A stretch of 58,187 nucleotides of DNA from Nitrospinota bacterium (GTDB lineage Bacteria; UBA8248), in NCBI GenBank assembly GCA_030754595.1, contig JASLZZ010000030.1:1-58187 (forward strand), read 5' to 3'. The stretch's first letter is position 1, and each line of letters opens with the position of its first letter. The notes under the pieces are model-generated. The model saw only the letters and a program-made list of their open reading frames with translations, ran no database searches and was not told the DNA's origin. This document shows positions 1 through 8,571 of this stretch, in pieces. Both the position numbers and the translations under genes were made by a program.

Positions 1-260
1 TTCGTTTCAGGTGCTGGGGGCCGATAGCCCAGTGAACCGTGCGGCCTGATCCTGTTGTAGATATGCCGCCAGCGCTCCACCAGCACTTTTGCTTCGTGTA
101 GGGTATCGAGTCTCTCTAGATTTAAGAGTACATCCCGCATCCGCTCTGAGACCTCAATGCGCTTGCAGGCCACAGGTACGCTTTGTCCTTGAGATAGCAG
201 GATCTCGGCTTCTCTCAGCTTGGATATGATCTGCTCAGGTGTATGTCGCTTCTTGCTCAT
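1..260 (-). pseudogene. Truncated IS3 transposase: OrfA residues 1-39 fused to the OrfB C-terminus, a deletion derivative (partial at the window edge).
   Basis: Direct translation. It diverges from the 3'-end orfA copy immediately after ...KR(I/T)EVSE. Confidence 0.65.
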
Positions 261-350
261 CTACATCCCCCCCAAATTGGGCGGTCACACCGAAAGAGTA
301 TCTAAAATCCTCTCATTCAGCATGGACCGGTTTGGAGGGGGAGGATCAAG
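1..350 (-). mobile_element. IS3-family insertion sequence, internally deleted derivative (partial; it continues beyond the window start). Its terminus is near 343-348 and supplies the TGA stop of the adjacent SPFH ORF.
   Basis: The reverse complement of 1-260 translates as MSKKRHTPEQIISKLREAEILLSQGQSVPVACKRIEVSE, an IS3 OrfA N-terminus with a helix-turn-helix. It is fused directly to ...DTLHEAKVLVERWRHIYNRIRPHGSLGYRPPAPET, a typical IS3 OrfB C-terminal tail. The ~85 bp upstream of the ATG (261-348) are ~80-85% identical to the sequence upstream of orfA at the other end of the window. Confidence 0.7.
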
Positions 351-936
351 CAGGAGCCTGTAAATCTTTCATGAGGTCAGGGGATTTGGCCGCCAATGCT
401 TGAAAGGTGAATGATGAGACGGATACGCCGACCGGCTCGAATGCGGAGGCGAGCACATCCTCGATTTGCTTCATGAGTGTGTTTTTATTGTTGAAAATAT
501 CGGTCAAGTTGATGGAAGAAAGTTGCTTTCGGATAAAGACTTCTAATCTACTTCCCAAGCGCTCGGATACTCCTTGGAGAGGTTTTTCCCAATCCTGAAA
601 TTCAATCTGCTCCAATGTCTTGTCGGGAGAAATAATCCGCCATTGGGCGAATCCAGACACCTGGAAATCCAAATTATCCGATGATGTTAGTTCGATATTA
701 AAATCCTGACGCTGAAGTGAAGTTGGAATAATAATAAATTCATCAGTGGCCGATTTATAGCGAAAACGTTTGCCAAATCCCCGCGTTTTTTGTTTGCCGC
801 AGCGAGTGTGAACGACAAAATCTTGAGGAGAAACCGCTATATATTTACTTTCTCCTCCGTCTCCCGAAAAAAGGAATAAGGACCGTATTTTTCGGAAAAT
901 CCCTCTCCGGCGTCTGCCACTACTGTAATAACTCAT
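346..936 (-). CDS. SPFH/band-7 domain protein (COG4260-like), probably 3'-truncated by the IS insertion. The stop codon is the IS terminal TGA.
   Basis: RGIFRKIRSLF... at the N-terminus and ...DNLDFQVSGFAQWRIISPDK... match the SPFH fold. The ORF is ~196 aa, whereas this family usually runs ~330-370 aa. GC is lower than in the neighbouring sequence. An alternative start lies at 987. Confidence 0.5.
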   Translation of the reverse strand: MSYYSSGRRRRGIFRKIRSLFLFSGDGGESKYIAVSPQDFVVHTRCGKQKTRGFGKRFRYKSATDEFIIIPTSLQRQDFNIELTSSDNLDFQVSGFAQWRIISPDKTLEQIEFQDWEKPLQGVSERLGSRLEVFIRKQLSSINLTDIFNNKNTLMKQIEDVLASAFEPVGVSVSSFTFQALAAKSPDLMKDLQAPA

Positions 937-1178
937 CCCACCACCCCCATGGTTGGATTCCCTGATGAATCTCCGGCGATGATACACATTTCAATGCAAC
1001 GGTTCCGGTTCGCAAAGTGAATGTCGGGCGCTCGGGGCGGATGCCTATTCAGGCGGGCGCCTGTCCGGACGGGCATGGCCAATTGCCCGAAATTATCGAG
1101 GCATGAACCCCCCCGGAATCATACGGGCCGTCCTTCGCGCCTTCTCCTGGTCCGGGCGAAAGGTTTTAATAAAAAATA

Positions 1179-1212
1179 GTCAATTAATAATATTTAATCA
1201 TCCAGGGCGGGA
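1179..1212 (+). repeat. Copy A of a ~35-bp motif GTCAATTAATAAT-N~8-TCATCCAGGGCGGGA. A partial third copy, ATTCAGGCGGG, lies at 1047-1057.
   Basis: An exact 13-mer and an 11-mer are shared with 7804-7833. Confidence 0.5.
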
Positions 1213-1463
1213 TCGTCAACAAAAAAAACAGATTATAGGACTTTATTTTCCGAACTTCTGGCGGGTTCCATCATGGCCGGATTCCATGAAACCCATGATC
1301 GAGATTTTCGCCCACCGCGACTGGCTCCATCCCCACTGCTGTCGTAAACTGAAAAGAAAAAGGCTAGAGGGCTTTTTCGCCGTTTATCCGGGATTTTCGC
1401 GCCGGACGAATTTCCGGGAGCGTCCGGCCCCAGGCGTTTTCAGACTACCACGGGAGACCTCCT

Positions 1464-3119
1464 ATGCTCGTCGCCGATGCCGTCGCCGAAATTCTCAGGC
1501 GCGAGGGAGTCGAATACCTGAATTGCTACCCGTCCACTCCCCTGATCGAGGCGTCGGCGAAGGCCGGCATTCGGCCCATCGTTTGCCGCCAGGAAAGGGT
1601 CGGCGTCGGAATCGCCGACGGGTTCGCGCGGGTCCGGAACGGCCGCTCGCCCTCGGTTTTCGCGATGCAGCACGGCCCCGGCGCCGAGAACGCCTACCCG
1701 GGAATTTCGACCGCCTTCTCGGATTCGACGCCGGTCTTGTTCATGCCGATGGGCCATCCGCGCCACCGCGACGGCGTTTTCCCGTTGTTCAGCTCGGTGC
1801 GCTCCTACGAAACCGTGACCAAGTTCGCCGAGCAAATCAACGCGCCCGAGGGCGTTGCCCACACCATGCGGCGGGCTTTTGCGGCGCTCAAAAACGGCCG
1901 GCCGGGGCCGGTGCTGGTGGAGCTTCCGGGGGACGTGGCGCGGATCGAAATCGAGGAGAGCCTTCTCGATGGCTATGCCCCGGCTAAGGCGGCACGGGCC
2001 CAGGGCGACCCCGCGGCCGTCGAGGCGGCGGCGCGGGCGCTCCTAGACGCCGAGCGACCCGTTCTCTTCGCCGGGGCAGGGGTGCTCTACGCCGAGGGGA
2101 CCGGAGAACTCGGGGAACTGGCCGAGCTTTTGCAGGCCCCGGTGATGACCTCGATGGAGGGCAAGAGCGCTATCTCGGAGAAAAAACACCCGCTCTCCCT
2201 CGGCATCGGCTCGAACGTCATGGCCGGCCCCGCCTATCACTTCCTCAAGGATGCGGACATTGTGTTCGCCGTGGGCTCAAGCCTGACCGACCACGGCCTG
2301 ATGACCCCTATCCCGACGGGAAAGATACTGATCCACTCGACGAACGACCCCGTGGATATTCACAAGACTTACGCTGCGGACCATCCGGTCCTGGGCGACG
2401 CCCGACTCGTGCTGCGCCAGTTCATCGAGTGCTGCCGCGATCTGCTCGGCGGAAAACCCCGCACCGGGCAGGAGGGCGTTGCGGCCGAGGTCGCGCGGAG
2501 GAAAGAGGAGTGGCTCGGGGAGTGGATGCCGAAGCTAACCTCCGGCGAAAGCCCGATCAACCCCTACCGGGTGGTTTGGGAGCTCATGCAGACCGTCGAT
2601 CCCTCCGGCGCGGTCGTCACCCACGACTCTGGCAACCCCCGCTACGAAGTGATGCCTTTCTACCAAACCGACGGGCCGCGAACCTACCTCGGGTGGGGGA
2701 AATCCCACCAGCTGGGCACCGGCCTCGGCCTCGCGATGGGCGCGAAGCTGGCTGCGCCCGAGAAATTCTGCGTGAACTTCATGGGCGACGCCGCCTTCGG
2801 GATGACCGGAATGGATTTCGAAACCTCCGTCCGGGCTGGCCTTCCGATCTGCACGGTGGTCCTGAAAAACTCCTCGATGGCGGTGGAGATCAACCAAATG
2901 AAGGTTTCACACACCCGCTTCCGCACCTGCGACGTCGGGGGCGAGTACGCGGACATCGCCCGCGCGCTGGGCGGCTGGTCGGAGCGGATCGAGGACCCCG
3001 GCGAGATCGGCGCAGCCTTCCTCCGGCCGAAGCGGCAAACTGAGGAGGGCAAGGCGGCGCTACTCGAGTTCATCACCTGCGAGGAGATGGCCTACTCCCA
3101 TTTCAGACCTTTCGGGTAG
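1464..3119 (+). CDS. Thiamine-pyrophosphate-dependent enzyme of the acetolactate synthase / benzoylformate decarboxylase family.
   Basis: 551 aa. It has the TPP-enzyme N-terminal (pyrimidine-binding) and C-terminal (GDAAFGMTGMDF) motifs. An SD-like GGGAGA sits upstream of the ATG. Confidence 0.85.
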   Translation: MLVADAVAEILRREGVEYLNCYPSTPLIEASAKAGIRPIVCRQERVGVGIADGFARVRNGRSPSVFAMQHGPGAENAYPGISTAFSDSTPVLFMPMGHPRHRDGVFPLFSSVRSYETVTKFAEQINAPEGVAHTMRRAFAALKNGRPGPVLVELPGDVARIEIEESLLDGYAPAKAARAQGDPAAVEAAARALLDAERPVLFAGAGVLYAEGTGELGELAELLQAPVMTSMEGKSAISEKKHPLSLGIGSNVMAGPAYHFLKDADIVFAVGSSLTDHGLMTPIPTGKILIHSTNDPVDIHKTYAADHPVLGDARLVLRQFIECCRDLLGGKPRTGQEGVAAEVARRKEEWLGEWMPKLTSGESPINPYRVVWELMQTVDPSGAVVTHDSGNPRYEVMPFYQTDGPRTYLGWGKSHQLGTGLGLAMGAKLAAPEKFCVNFMGDAAFGMTGMDFETSVRAGLPICTVVLKNSSMAVEINQMKVSHTRFRTCDVGGEYADIARALGGWSERIEDPGEIGAAFLRPKRQTEEGKAALLEFITCEEMAYSHFRPFG

Positions 3120-3209
3120 GGAGATTTATCCCCGGCCCACGCCGGCGGTTTTTATATTCGGCTGATTATCTAATTTTCTTGCGCCCCCAGCGGGGAGAGG
3201 AGCGACACG

Positions 3210-4214
3210 ATGGCGAAGGGCATAGTCTGGGTGGGAACACCGTTCATCCTGAATTTCGAGGACCCCATGGAGATTTTCCAGCCGCTCGTGGACGAGGGCC
3301 TTGAGGTTCGTCTGGACGAGTGCCGGGGGTACATGCCCGAGGAGGACGTGATCGAGGCCATCTCCGGGGTGACCGCCGTCATCGCCGGGGCCGAGCCCTA
3401 TACCGCCGGGGTCATCGAGAAGGCCCCCAACGTCCAGATTATCGCCCGCGCAGGGGTGGGCTATAACAACGTCGAGTTGCCCGCCGCCACATCAAGGGGC
3501 ATCGTGGTGACGAACGCCGCCGGACAGAACTCCGCCTCGGTGGCGGAGCATTTCTTCGGCCACATGATCGGCATCTGCCGCCGCATCAGCTGGATGGATA
3601 AAAACATCCGCCGCGGTCTCTGGCGGGAGATTCAGACCGCCCTCCGCCCGCTCAACGGAATGACGCTCGGCATCCTCGGATTCGGCAACATCGGCAAGGA
3701 GGTGGCGAAGCGGGCGGGCGCCTTCGACATGAAAGTGATCGCCAACGACATCGTGGAAGACCGCGAAACGGCGGACAGGCTCGGCGTGCGCTTCGTCTCT
3801 CTCGAAGAGCTGGCCCGCGAGTCGGACTATCTGACCTGCCACGTGCCCCTCACCCCCGAGACCACGCTGATTATCAACGGGGACCTGCTAAAGAGGATGA
3901 AACCAGACGCTTACCTGTTCAACATCTCGCGCGGGCCGGTGGTGGACCTCGACGCGCTGACCGAAGCGCTTCAGGAGGGGACCATCCGGGGGGCGGGGAT
4001 CGATGTTTATCCAGAGGAGCCACCCGACTTCAGCCATCCCATTTTCTCGCTGGAGAACGTGGTTCTCACTCCGCACCTGGGCGGCCGGGGGGAGGACGCC
4101 ATCCGCAACACCCTCGTTCATTCGACGAAATGTGTTCTCGACTTCTTCAAAGGCCAGCGGCCCTCCAACGTGGTCAACCCCGAAGTCTACGAGGTGCTGG
4201 ACCAGGGGGCCTGA
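3210..4214 (+). CDS. D-isomer-specific 2-hydroxyacid dehydrogenase (NAD-binding).
   Basis: It has the GxGxIG Rossmann motif (GILGFGNIGKEVAKR) and the catalytic R/E/H region (NISRG..., TPHLGG). Confidence 0.85.
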   Translation: MAKGIVWVGTPFILNFEDPMEIFQPLVDEGLEVRLDECRGYMPEEDVIEAISGVTAVIAGAEPYTAGVIEKAPNVQIIARAGVGYNNVELPAATSRGIVVTNAAGQNSASVAEHFFGHMIGICRRISWMDKNIRRGLWREIQTALRPLNGMTLGILGFGNIGKEVAKRAGAFDMKVIANDIVEDRETADRLGVRFVSLEELARESDYLTCHVPLTPETTLIINGDLLKRMKPDAYLFNISRGPVVDLDALTEALQEGTIRGAGIDVYPEEPPDFSHPIFSLENVVLTPHLGGRGEDAIRNTLVHSTKCVLDFFKGQRPSNVVNPEVYEVLDQGA

Positions 4215-4241
4215 TCGCTCCTCGTCGATACGGGCCCCATT

Positions 4242-4703
4242 CTAGTAATGGGACTCGAAGCTCACTCCTTCTCGCCGGATTAGTTCGTCGAGATCGATAT
4301 AGGATCGCTTGGTGTCCTTTTCAACCGTGAACTGCATTTTTCTTGCGGAATCGGTGCAACCCCGGACGCTCAGCAGCCGCATCGGCTCCCTGACCTCCCA
4401 CTCGTGGGCGCCGGCGATTCCGGCCGAGGCGTAAATCGAGGCGCCCGGGCCGGCGTCGTACTCATTTCCCTCAAGGTCGCAAACCGTGGCCCGGCCCGAG
4501 ATCACGAAGTAAAAAGCCTCGATCGGATGCCAGTGAAGCCGCTCGAGGGTACCCGCCTCGAAGCTCGCCAAGGTGACGCGAATCCTATCGGCCGGGCGCT
4601 CGCCGCTTCCGACAATCGCCTTGACCGTCTGCCCGGCGGTCACTCCCTCCCTGGGCTCCACTTCCTCCTCGTTGACCACCATCAGCGTCGATTTAATTTC
4701 CAC
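4242..4703 (-). CDS. Cupin-domain protein.
   Basis: 153 aa with cupin-like beta-barrel motifs (HWHP..E..Y..G). The specific function is unknown. Confidence 0.55.
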   Translation of the reverse strand: MEIKSTLMVVNEEEVEPREGVTAGQTVKAIVGSGERPADRIRVTLASFEAGTLERLHWHPIEAFYFVISGRATVCDLEGNEYDAGPGASIYASAGIAGAHEWEVREPMRLLSVRGCTDSARKMQFTVEKDTKRSYIDLDELIRREGVSFESHY

Positions 4704-4751
4704 CTCAAGGCCTCCTTTCGCGAATAATTTTTCGGCTGAGAAAAATCGCCG

Positions 4752-4766
4752 ATTTTCCGTGCGGCG
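4752..4766. promoter_or_regulatory. 15-nt palindrome AAAATCG-C-CGATTTT in the divergent cupin/FAH intergenic region.
   Basis: Perfect 7+1+7 inverted repeat. It shares the TTTTCCG half-site with the palindrome at 4935-4948. Confidence 0.25.
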
Positions 4767-4934
4767 ATTAAGACCCGTAGAGCTCGGCGGGGTAGTCCAC
4801 GAGATTTATTTGGCATTTCCCCGTCCTTCGCCCAAGTAATCCAAGGAGGGGACTAAACCCCGTCGACCTGCCGAGTATCCGTTCTCTCTTCCTTGACCCG
4901 CAATTTCTCCCTTCCTATGATGGCCGGACATTTC

Positions 4935-4948
4935 ATTTTCCGGAAAAT
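4935..4948. promoter_or_regulatory. 14-nt perfect palindrome ATTTTCCGGAAAAT, 30 bp upstream of the FAH-family gene start; a candidate operator.
   Basis: Self-complementary 14-mer read directly from the sequence. Confidence 0.3.
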
Positions 4949-4977
4949 CCAATCATACCCATAAGGAGCTTTATGCC

Positions 4978-5874
4978 ATGAAACTCATCACGATGGAGAT
5001 CGCCGATGGCGGGAGCGCGAGAGAGACGATAGGGGCCGTACTTGGAGAGGATCGCACCCTCGACCTCGCCGCCGCCTCGGCCGACATTCCTCCCGACATG
5101 GTTTTGTTCCTCGAAAGCGGCCGGGCCGGCCTGGATCGGGCGCGCAAGCTCACCGAAGAGGCCGAGAACGGGGACCACGCCTCTCACGTTCGCCCCCTCT
5201 CCTCGATTCGCCTCAGGCCACCCGTCCCCCGGCCGCGAAAGTTCATCCACGCCGGGCGCAACTTTCACAAGCACCTCGACGAGACGGGCAGCGCGATGCC
5301 GGCCCAAATTCCCCTGGCGCCCCGCTTTCCCTCGACGATGATCGGACCCGACGAGCCAATCGTCTATCCAGAGATTACCACTCAGCTCGATTCCGAGGCC
5401 GAAATCGCTATGATCATTGGCGAGAGGTGCAAAAACGTACCCCGTGAACGCGCCTTCGACGTCATCATGGGCTACACCCTCTATAACGACGTGACGGCGC
5501 GCGACATCCAGAACGACGACAAGCGAGGCGGCCTTTTCCTGTGCAAAAGCCTCGATACGACCAACGTTCTCGGGCCCTGGATCATCACCTCCGATGAGAT
5601 CGACGACCCCCAGGAGATGGAGATCATCGGCCGTGTGGACGGTTTCGAGCTCCAGCGCCAGAGCCTGGGCAACATGATTTTCGATATCCCGCATATCATC
5701 TCCCATCTTTCGCAGATGACGCTCGAGCCGGGAGATCTCGTCTCGACGGGAACCCCCGAGGGCTGCGCCATCTTCCGCCCGGACGGGGAGGCCCATCTGC
5801 TCAAGGTGGGAAGTGTGGCTGAGATTGAGTCGGGCCCGCTCGGGATTTTGCGAAATCCCGTCGTGGCCGGGTGA
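4978..5874 (+). CDS. Fumarylacetoacetate hydrolase (FAH) family protein.
   Basis: 298 aa, with the FAH-fold motifs IGRNF/Y..H..E and the GTPEG metal-binding region. Confidence 0.85.
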   Translation: MKLITMEIADGGSARETIGAVLGEDRTLDLAAASADIPPDMVLFLESGRAGLDRARKLTEEAENGDHASHVRPLSSIRLRPPVPRPRKFIHAGRNFHKHLDETGSAMPAQIPLAPRFPSTMIGPDEPIVYPEITTQLDSEAEIAMIIGERCKNVPRERAFDVIMGYTLYNDVTARDIQNDDKRGGLFLCKSLDTTNVLGPWIITSDEIDDPQEMEIIGRVDGFELQRQSLGNMIFDIPHIISHLSQMTLEPGDLVSTGTPEGCAIFRPDGEAHLLKVGSVAEIESGPLGILRNPVVAG

Positions 5875-5881
5875 TGCGGCG

Positions 5882-7015
5882 ATGAAGATTACGAGCGTTG
5901 AAGCCTATTTCCTCTCCTCTCCCCAGCCCGAGCGAGAGTTCTGGGTGAGCCTGAGGCCGGTCCTTTCGGTGAACGAACTCGTTGTCAAGGTATTGACCGA
6001 CGAAGGCGTCACCGGCGTAGGGCTGGGAACCGCCGCGGGCCCGGTGTGCGAGGCGGCCAAGCTCTTCAGGAGCGGCTTCGGCGATCTCATCGTGGGCGAG
6101 GACCCCCTCCGCCCCGAGCGGGTGCTCGAGAAGACCCTGGGCGCGTCGTACCGGCGCGCCGCCCACGAGAACGGATGGCCCCGGCCCCATATCGTCACCG
6201 CGGCGGCGGCCATCGACAACGCCCTTTGGGACCTCATGGGAAAGGTGGTCGGGCTTCCTGTTTACAAGCTCCTGGGCGGTCTCGAGGGCCGCGCGCGCAC
6301 CTACGCCGGAGGCGGCTACTACCGCAAGGACAAGGATATCGCCGAGCTCACCGAGGAGATCGGCGGCTACCATGACATGGGCCACCGAGGCTTCAAGATG
6401 AAGATCGGCGCGATGACGCTCGACGATGATCTCGCCCGCGTGGCCGCCGTCCGCGAGACCATCGGGCCCGAGTGCCTCCTCGCCGTGGACGTGAACGGCG
6501 CTTGGGACTACGCCAGGGCGAAGGAGGGAGTGAAGCATCTGGCCGGTTTCGACCTCGCCTGGGTCGAGGAGCCGATCTGTTGGCGCGAGGCGAAACACGC
6601 CCTCCCCCGGCTTCGGGCCGAATGCCCGGTACCCATCGCCGACGGGCACGGCGAACTCCACCTATACGAGTGCCTGCGCTTGATCGAAGAAAAATCCGTG
6701 GACTACATCCAGTTCGACGCGACGAAATTCGAGGGCGTGACCGGAAGCCGGAAAATCATGGCGGCCGCCGAGCTGGCTCACATCCAGTTCGTCCCCCACC
6801 ACGATCCCCAGATTCACGCCCACTGCATCGCCGCCAGCCCGGCGGGCTTCATCTGCGAGAGCCACGCCAACGCCGAGCGCGACCCGGTCTGGTTCGAACT
6901 ATTCGAGGGCGCACCCGAGCTCGAAGAGGGCTGGCTCACCCTCTCCGACCGGCCCGGCTTCGGCGTCGAGTTGAACGAGAGCGCGATGAAAAAATGGGGG
7001 GAAAAGGTCCTGTGA
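5882..7015 (+). CDS. Enolase-superfamily enzyme of the mandelate racemase / muconate lactonizing enzyme family.
   Basis: It has the KxK motif (GFKMKIG) and metal ligands in D..E..D spacing. The start is taken at MKITSVEAYF; the track ORF begins upstream at 5813. Confidence 0.85.
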   Translation: MKITSVEAYFLSSPQPEREFWVSLRPVLSVNELVVKVLTDEGVTGVGLGTAAGPVCEAAKLFRSGFGDLIVGEDPLRPERVLEKTLGASYRRAAHENGWPRPHIVTAAAAIDNALWDLMGKVVGLPVYKLLGGLEGRARTYAGGGYYRKDKDIAELTEEIGGYHDMGHRGFKMKIGAMTLDDDLARVAAVRETIGPECLLAVDVNGAWDYARAKEGVKHLAGFDLAWVEEPICWREAKHALPRLRAECPVPIADGHGELHLYECLRLIEEKSVDYIQFDATKFEGVTGSRKIMAAAELAHIQFVPHHDPQIHAHCIAASPAGFICESHANAERDPVWFELFEGAPELEEGWLTLSDRPGFGVELNESAMKKWGEKVL

Positions 7016-7019
7016 GGAG

Positions 7020-7115
7020 ATTTATTCGAAGCGAATAAATTCACGAATCAATTATTGTTTTTACGGGAACCCGAACCCCGCCCGGCTTCCGGAGCGGGGA
7101 ACCGTAGACGGTTCC
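7020..7115. terminator. Cluster of three hairpins between the convergent genes: ATTTATTCG-AAG-CGAATAAAT, then CCCCGCCCGG-CTT-CCGGAGCGGGG, then GGAACCG-TAGA-CGGTTCC.
   Basis: Inverted repeats read from the sequence. There are no strong T-runs, so this is a structural terminator or attenuator candidate. Confidence 0.35.
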
Positions 7116-7153
7116 ACCTCGCAAAGCTTCCTCCAGCCCGCTAGACCAACCCG

Positions 7154-7576
7154 CTATGTCAGCCTGCCGTAAACCCAGACGGGCCGAACCAAGACGATCA
7201 CGGCCCTCTGCGTCACCATCGCCTGGTCGTATTCCTTCCAGTCGGAATGGTCCTTGTCCCCGCAGGCGCGGTACACTTCGCGGAACATCACCCGGACCTC
7301 CTCGCTATTGGTGTTCGTGTAGTCGTGGAGCCGGGCCTCGCCCTCTACGCTCACCGAACTGCACCAGTCCTTCGATACCGCCAGCACGGTGCACCGGGGG
7401 TCTCGCCGCAGGTTCCGCAGTTTCACCGACCACCCTCGCACGACGACGAACGCGGCTTGGTCCTGATAGGCGCCGCACACGATGATGCTCGAGTGCGCGG
7501 CGCCGTCGGGCTGAAACGTGGTGACGACGCCCCAATGATTTTTCTCCATAAACGGTCGGGCTTCCTCGAATTCCAT
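7154..7576 (-). CDS. Pyridoxamine 5'-phosphate oxidase family / PPOX-class (probably F420-dependent) flavoprotein.
   Basis: 140 aa with the split-barrel FMN-binding fold signature (HWGVVTT...). Confidence 0.65.
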   Translation of the reverse strand: MEFEEARPFMEKNHWGVVTTFQPDGAAHSSIIVCGAYQDQAAFVVVRGWSVKLRNLRRDPRCTVLAVSKDWCSSVSVEGEARLHDYTNTNSEEVRVMFREVYRACGDKDHSDWKEYDQAMVTQRAVIVLVRPVWVYGRLT

Positions 7577-7803
7577 ATCGATTTCTCCTGGCTTGATAGG
7601 GATAAACTGGAATATTTTCGCTCAATGCCGCCCTGTATTCTAACCCGCAATCCTCCGCCGGCAACATCTTCGCATAACCGCGCGGGGCCTCTAGGGCACG
7701 CTCCCCGGACGGAAATGCGTGTTATGATGCGTTATCGGTGCAGGAAAATCAGGGTAGCACAATAACCTCAGCGAGGCCGGCTCGCTCCGCACCATCGTTG
7801 GCG

Positions 7804-7833
7804 GTCAATTAATAATTCTTCATTCAGGCGGGA
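7804..7833 (+). repeat. Copy B of the motif GTCAATTAATAAT-N~7-CATTCAGGCGGGA, ending 2 nt before the ATG of the flavin reductase gene.
   Basis: An exact 13-mer is shared with 1179-1191, and ATTCAGGCGGG is shared with 1047-1057. Confidence 0.5.
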
Positions 7834-7835
7834 AA

Positions 7836-8486
7836 ATGAACTACACGACATTCGATACGGACCGGATCGATCATCTTCAAACCTACCGACTCATCGTGGG
7901 CTCCGTCGTTCCGAGACCTATCGCATGGGTCAGCTCGATCAGCACTGAGGGAGTCCCCAACCTGGCGCCGTTCAGCTTTTTCACCTGCGTCTCCCACGTC
8001 CCGCCGCTCTTTTCCATCTCGGCGGGCGAGCGCGACAAGAAAATGAAGGACACCGCCAAGAATATCCAGGATACGAAAGGATACGTGATCCGTTCCGTGG
8101 CGGAAGGTTGGCAGCAGAAAATGAGCGATAGCTCGGCGAACTTCGGACCCCGCGAAAACGAGTTCAAGGCCCTCGGGATCGAAACGGTTCCCTCCGACCT
8201 GGTGGACGCCCCCCGGATCAAGAACACCCCCATCGCCATGGAATGCCGGTTCGAGGACATGATCGTTTACGGAGACGAATGGAAAACCCATCTCGTCATC
8301 GGCCGCGCCCTGCGCTGGCATGTCCGCGAGGACCTGATGCTGGATAACAAGTACATCGTTCCGGTCGGGCTCCGGCCCGTCGGCCGCCTGGGCGGGCCGA
8401 ACTATTGCCGCACCGGCGATATTTACCAGATAGAGCGGCCCTATGCGCCGCCGGACGAGGTTCACCCCAACGCCTCGAAACACTGA
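7836..8486 (+). CDS. Flavin reductase-like, FMN-binding domain protein.
   Basis: The ...PRPIAWVSS...G.PNLAPFS... motif marks the flavin reductase family. Confidence 0.8.
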   Translation: MNYTTFDTDRIDHLQTYRLIVGSVVPRPIAWVSSISTEGVPNLAPFSFFTCVSHVPPLFSISAGERDKKMKDTAKNIQDTKGYVIRSVAEGWQQKMSDSSANFGPRENEFKALGIETVPSDLVDAPRIKNTPIAMECRFEDMIVYGDEWKTHLVIGRALRWHVREDLMLDNKYIVPVGLRPVGRLGGPNYCRTGDIYQIERPYAPPDEVHPNASKH

Positions 8487-8571
8487 ACCGGCTCCGGCTT
8501 TTTCACTCCACCGCGGAAAAAGATATTCGAAAAATCAGCCGTGAGCCCTTTTTATTTTACGGGAATCGTCA

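Noticed and set aside
1103-1987. A 294-aa plus-strand ORF overlapping the TPP-enzyme gene in another frame.
   Set aside because: It is Arg/Pro-rich, an alternative-frame artefact of a GC-rich gene. Its first 360 nt lie in a non-coding AT-rich leader.
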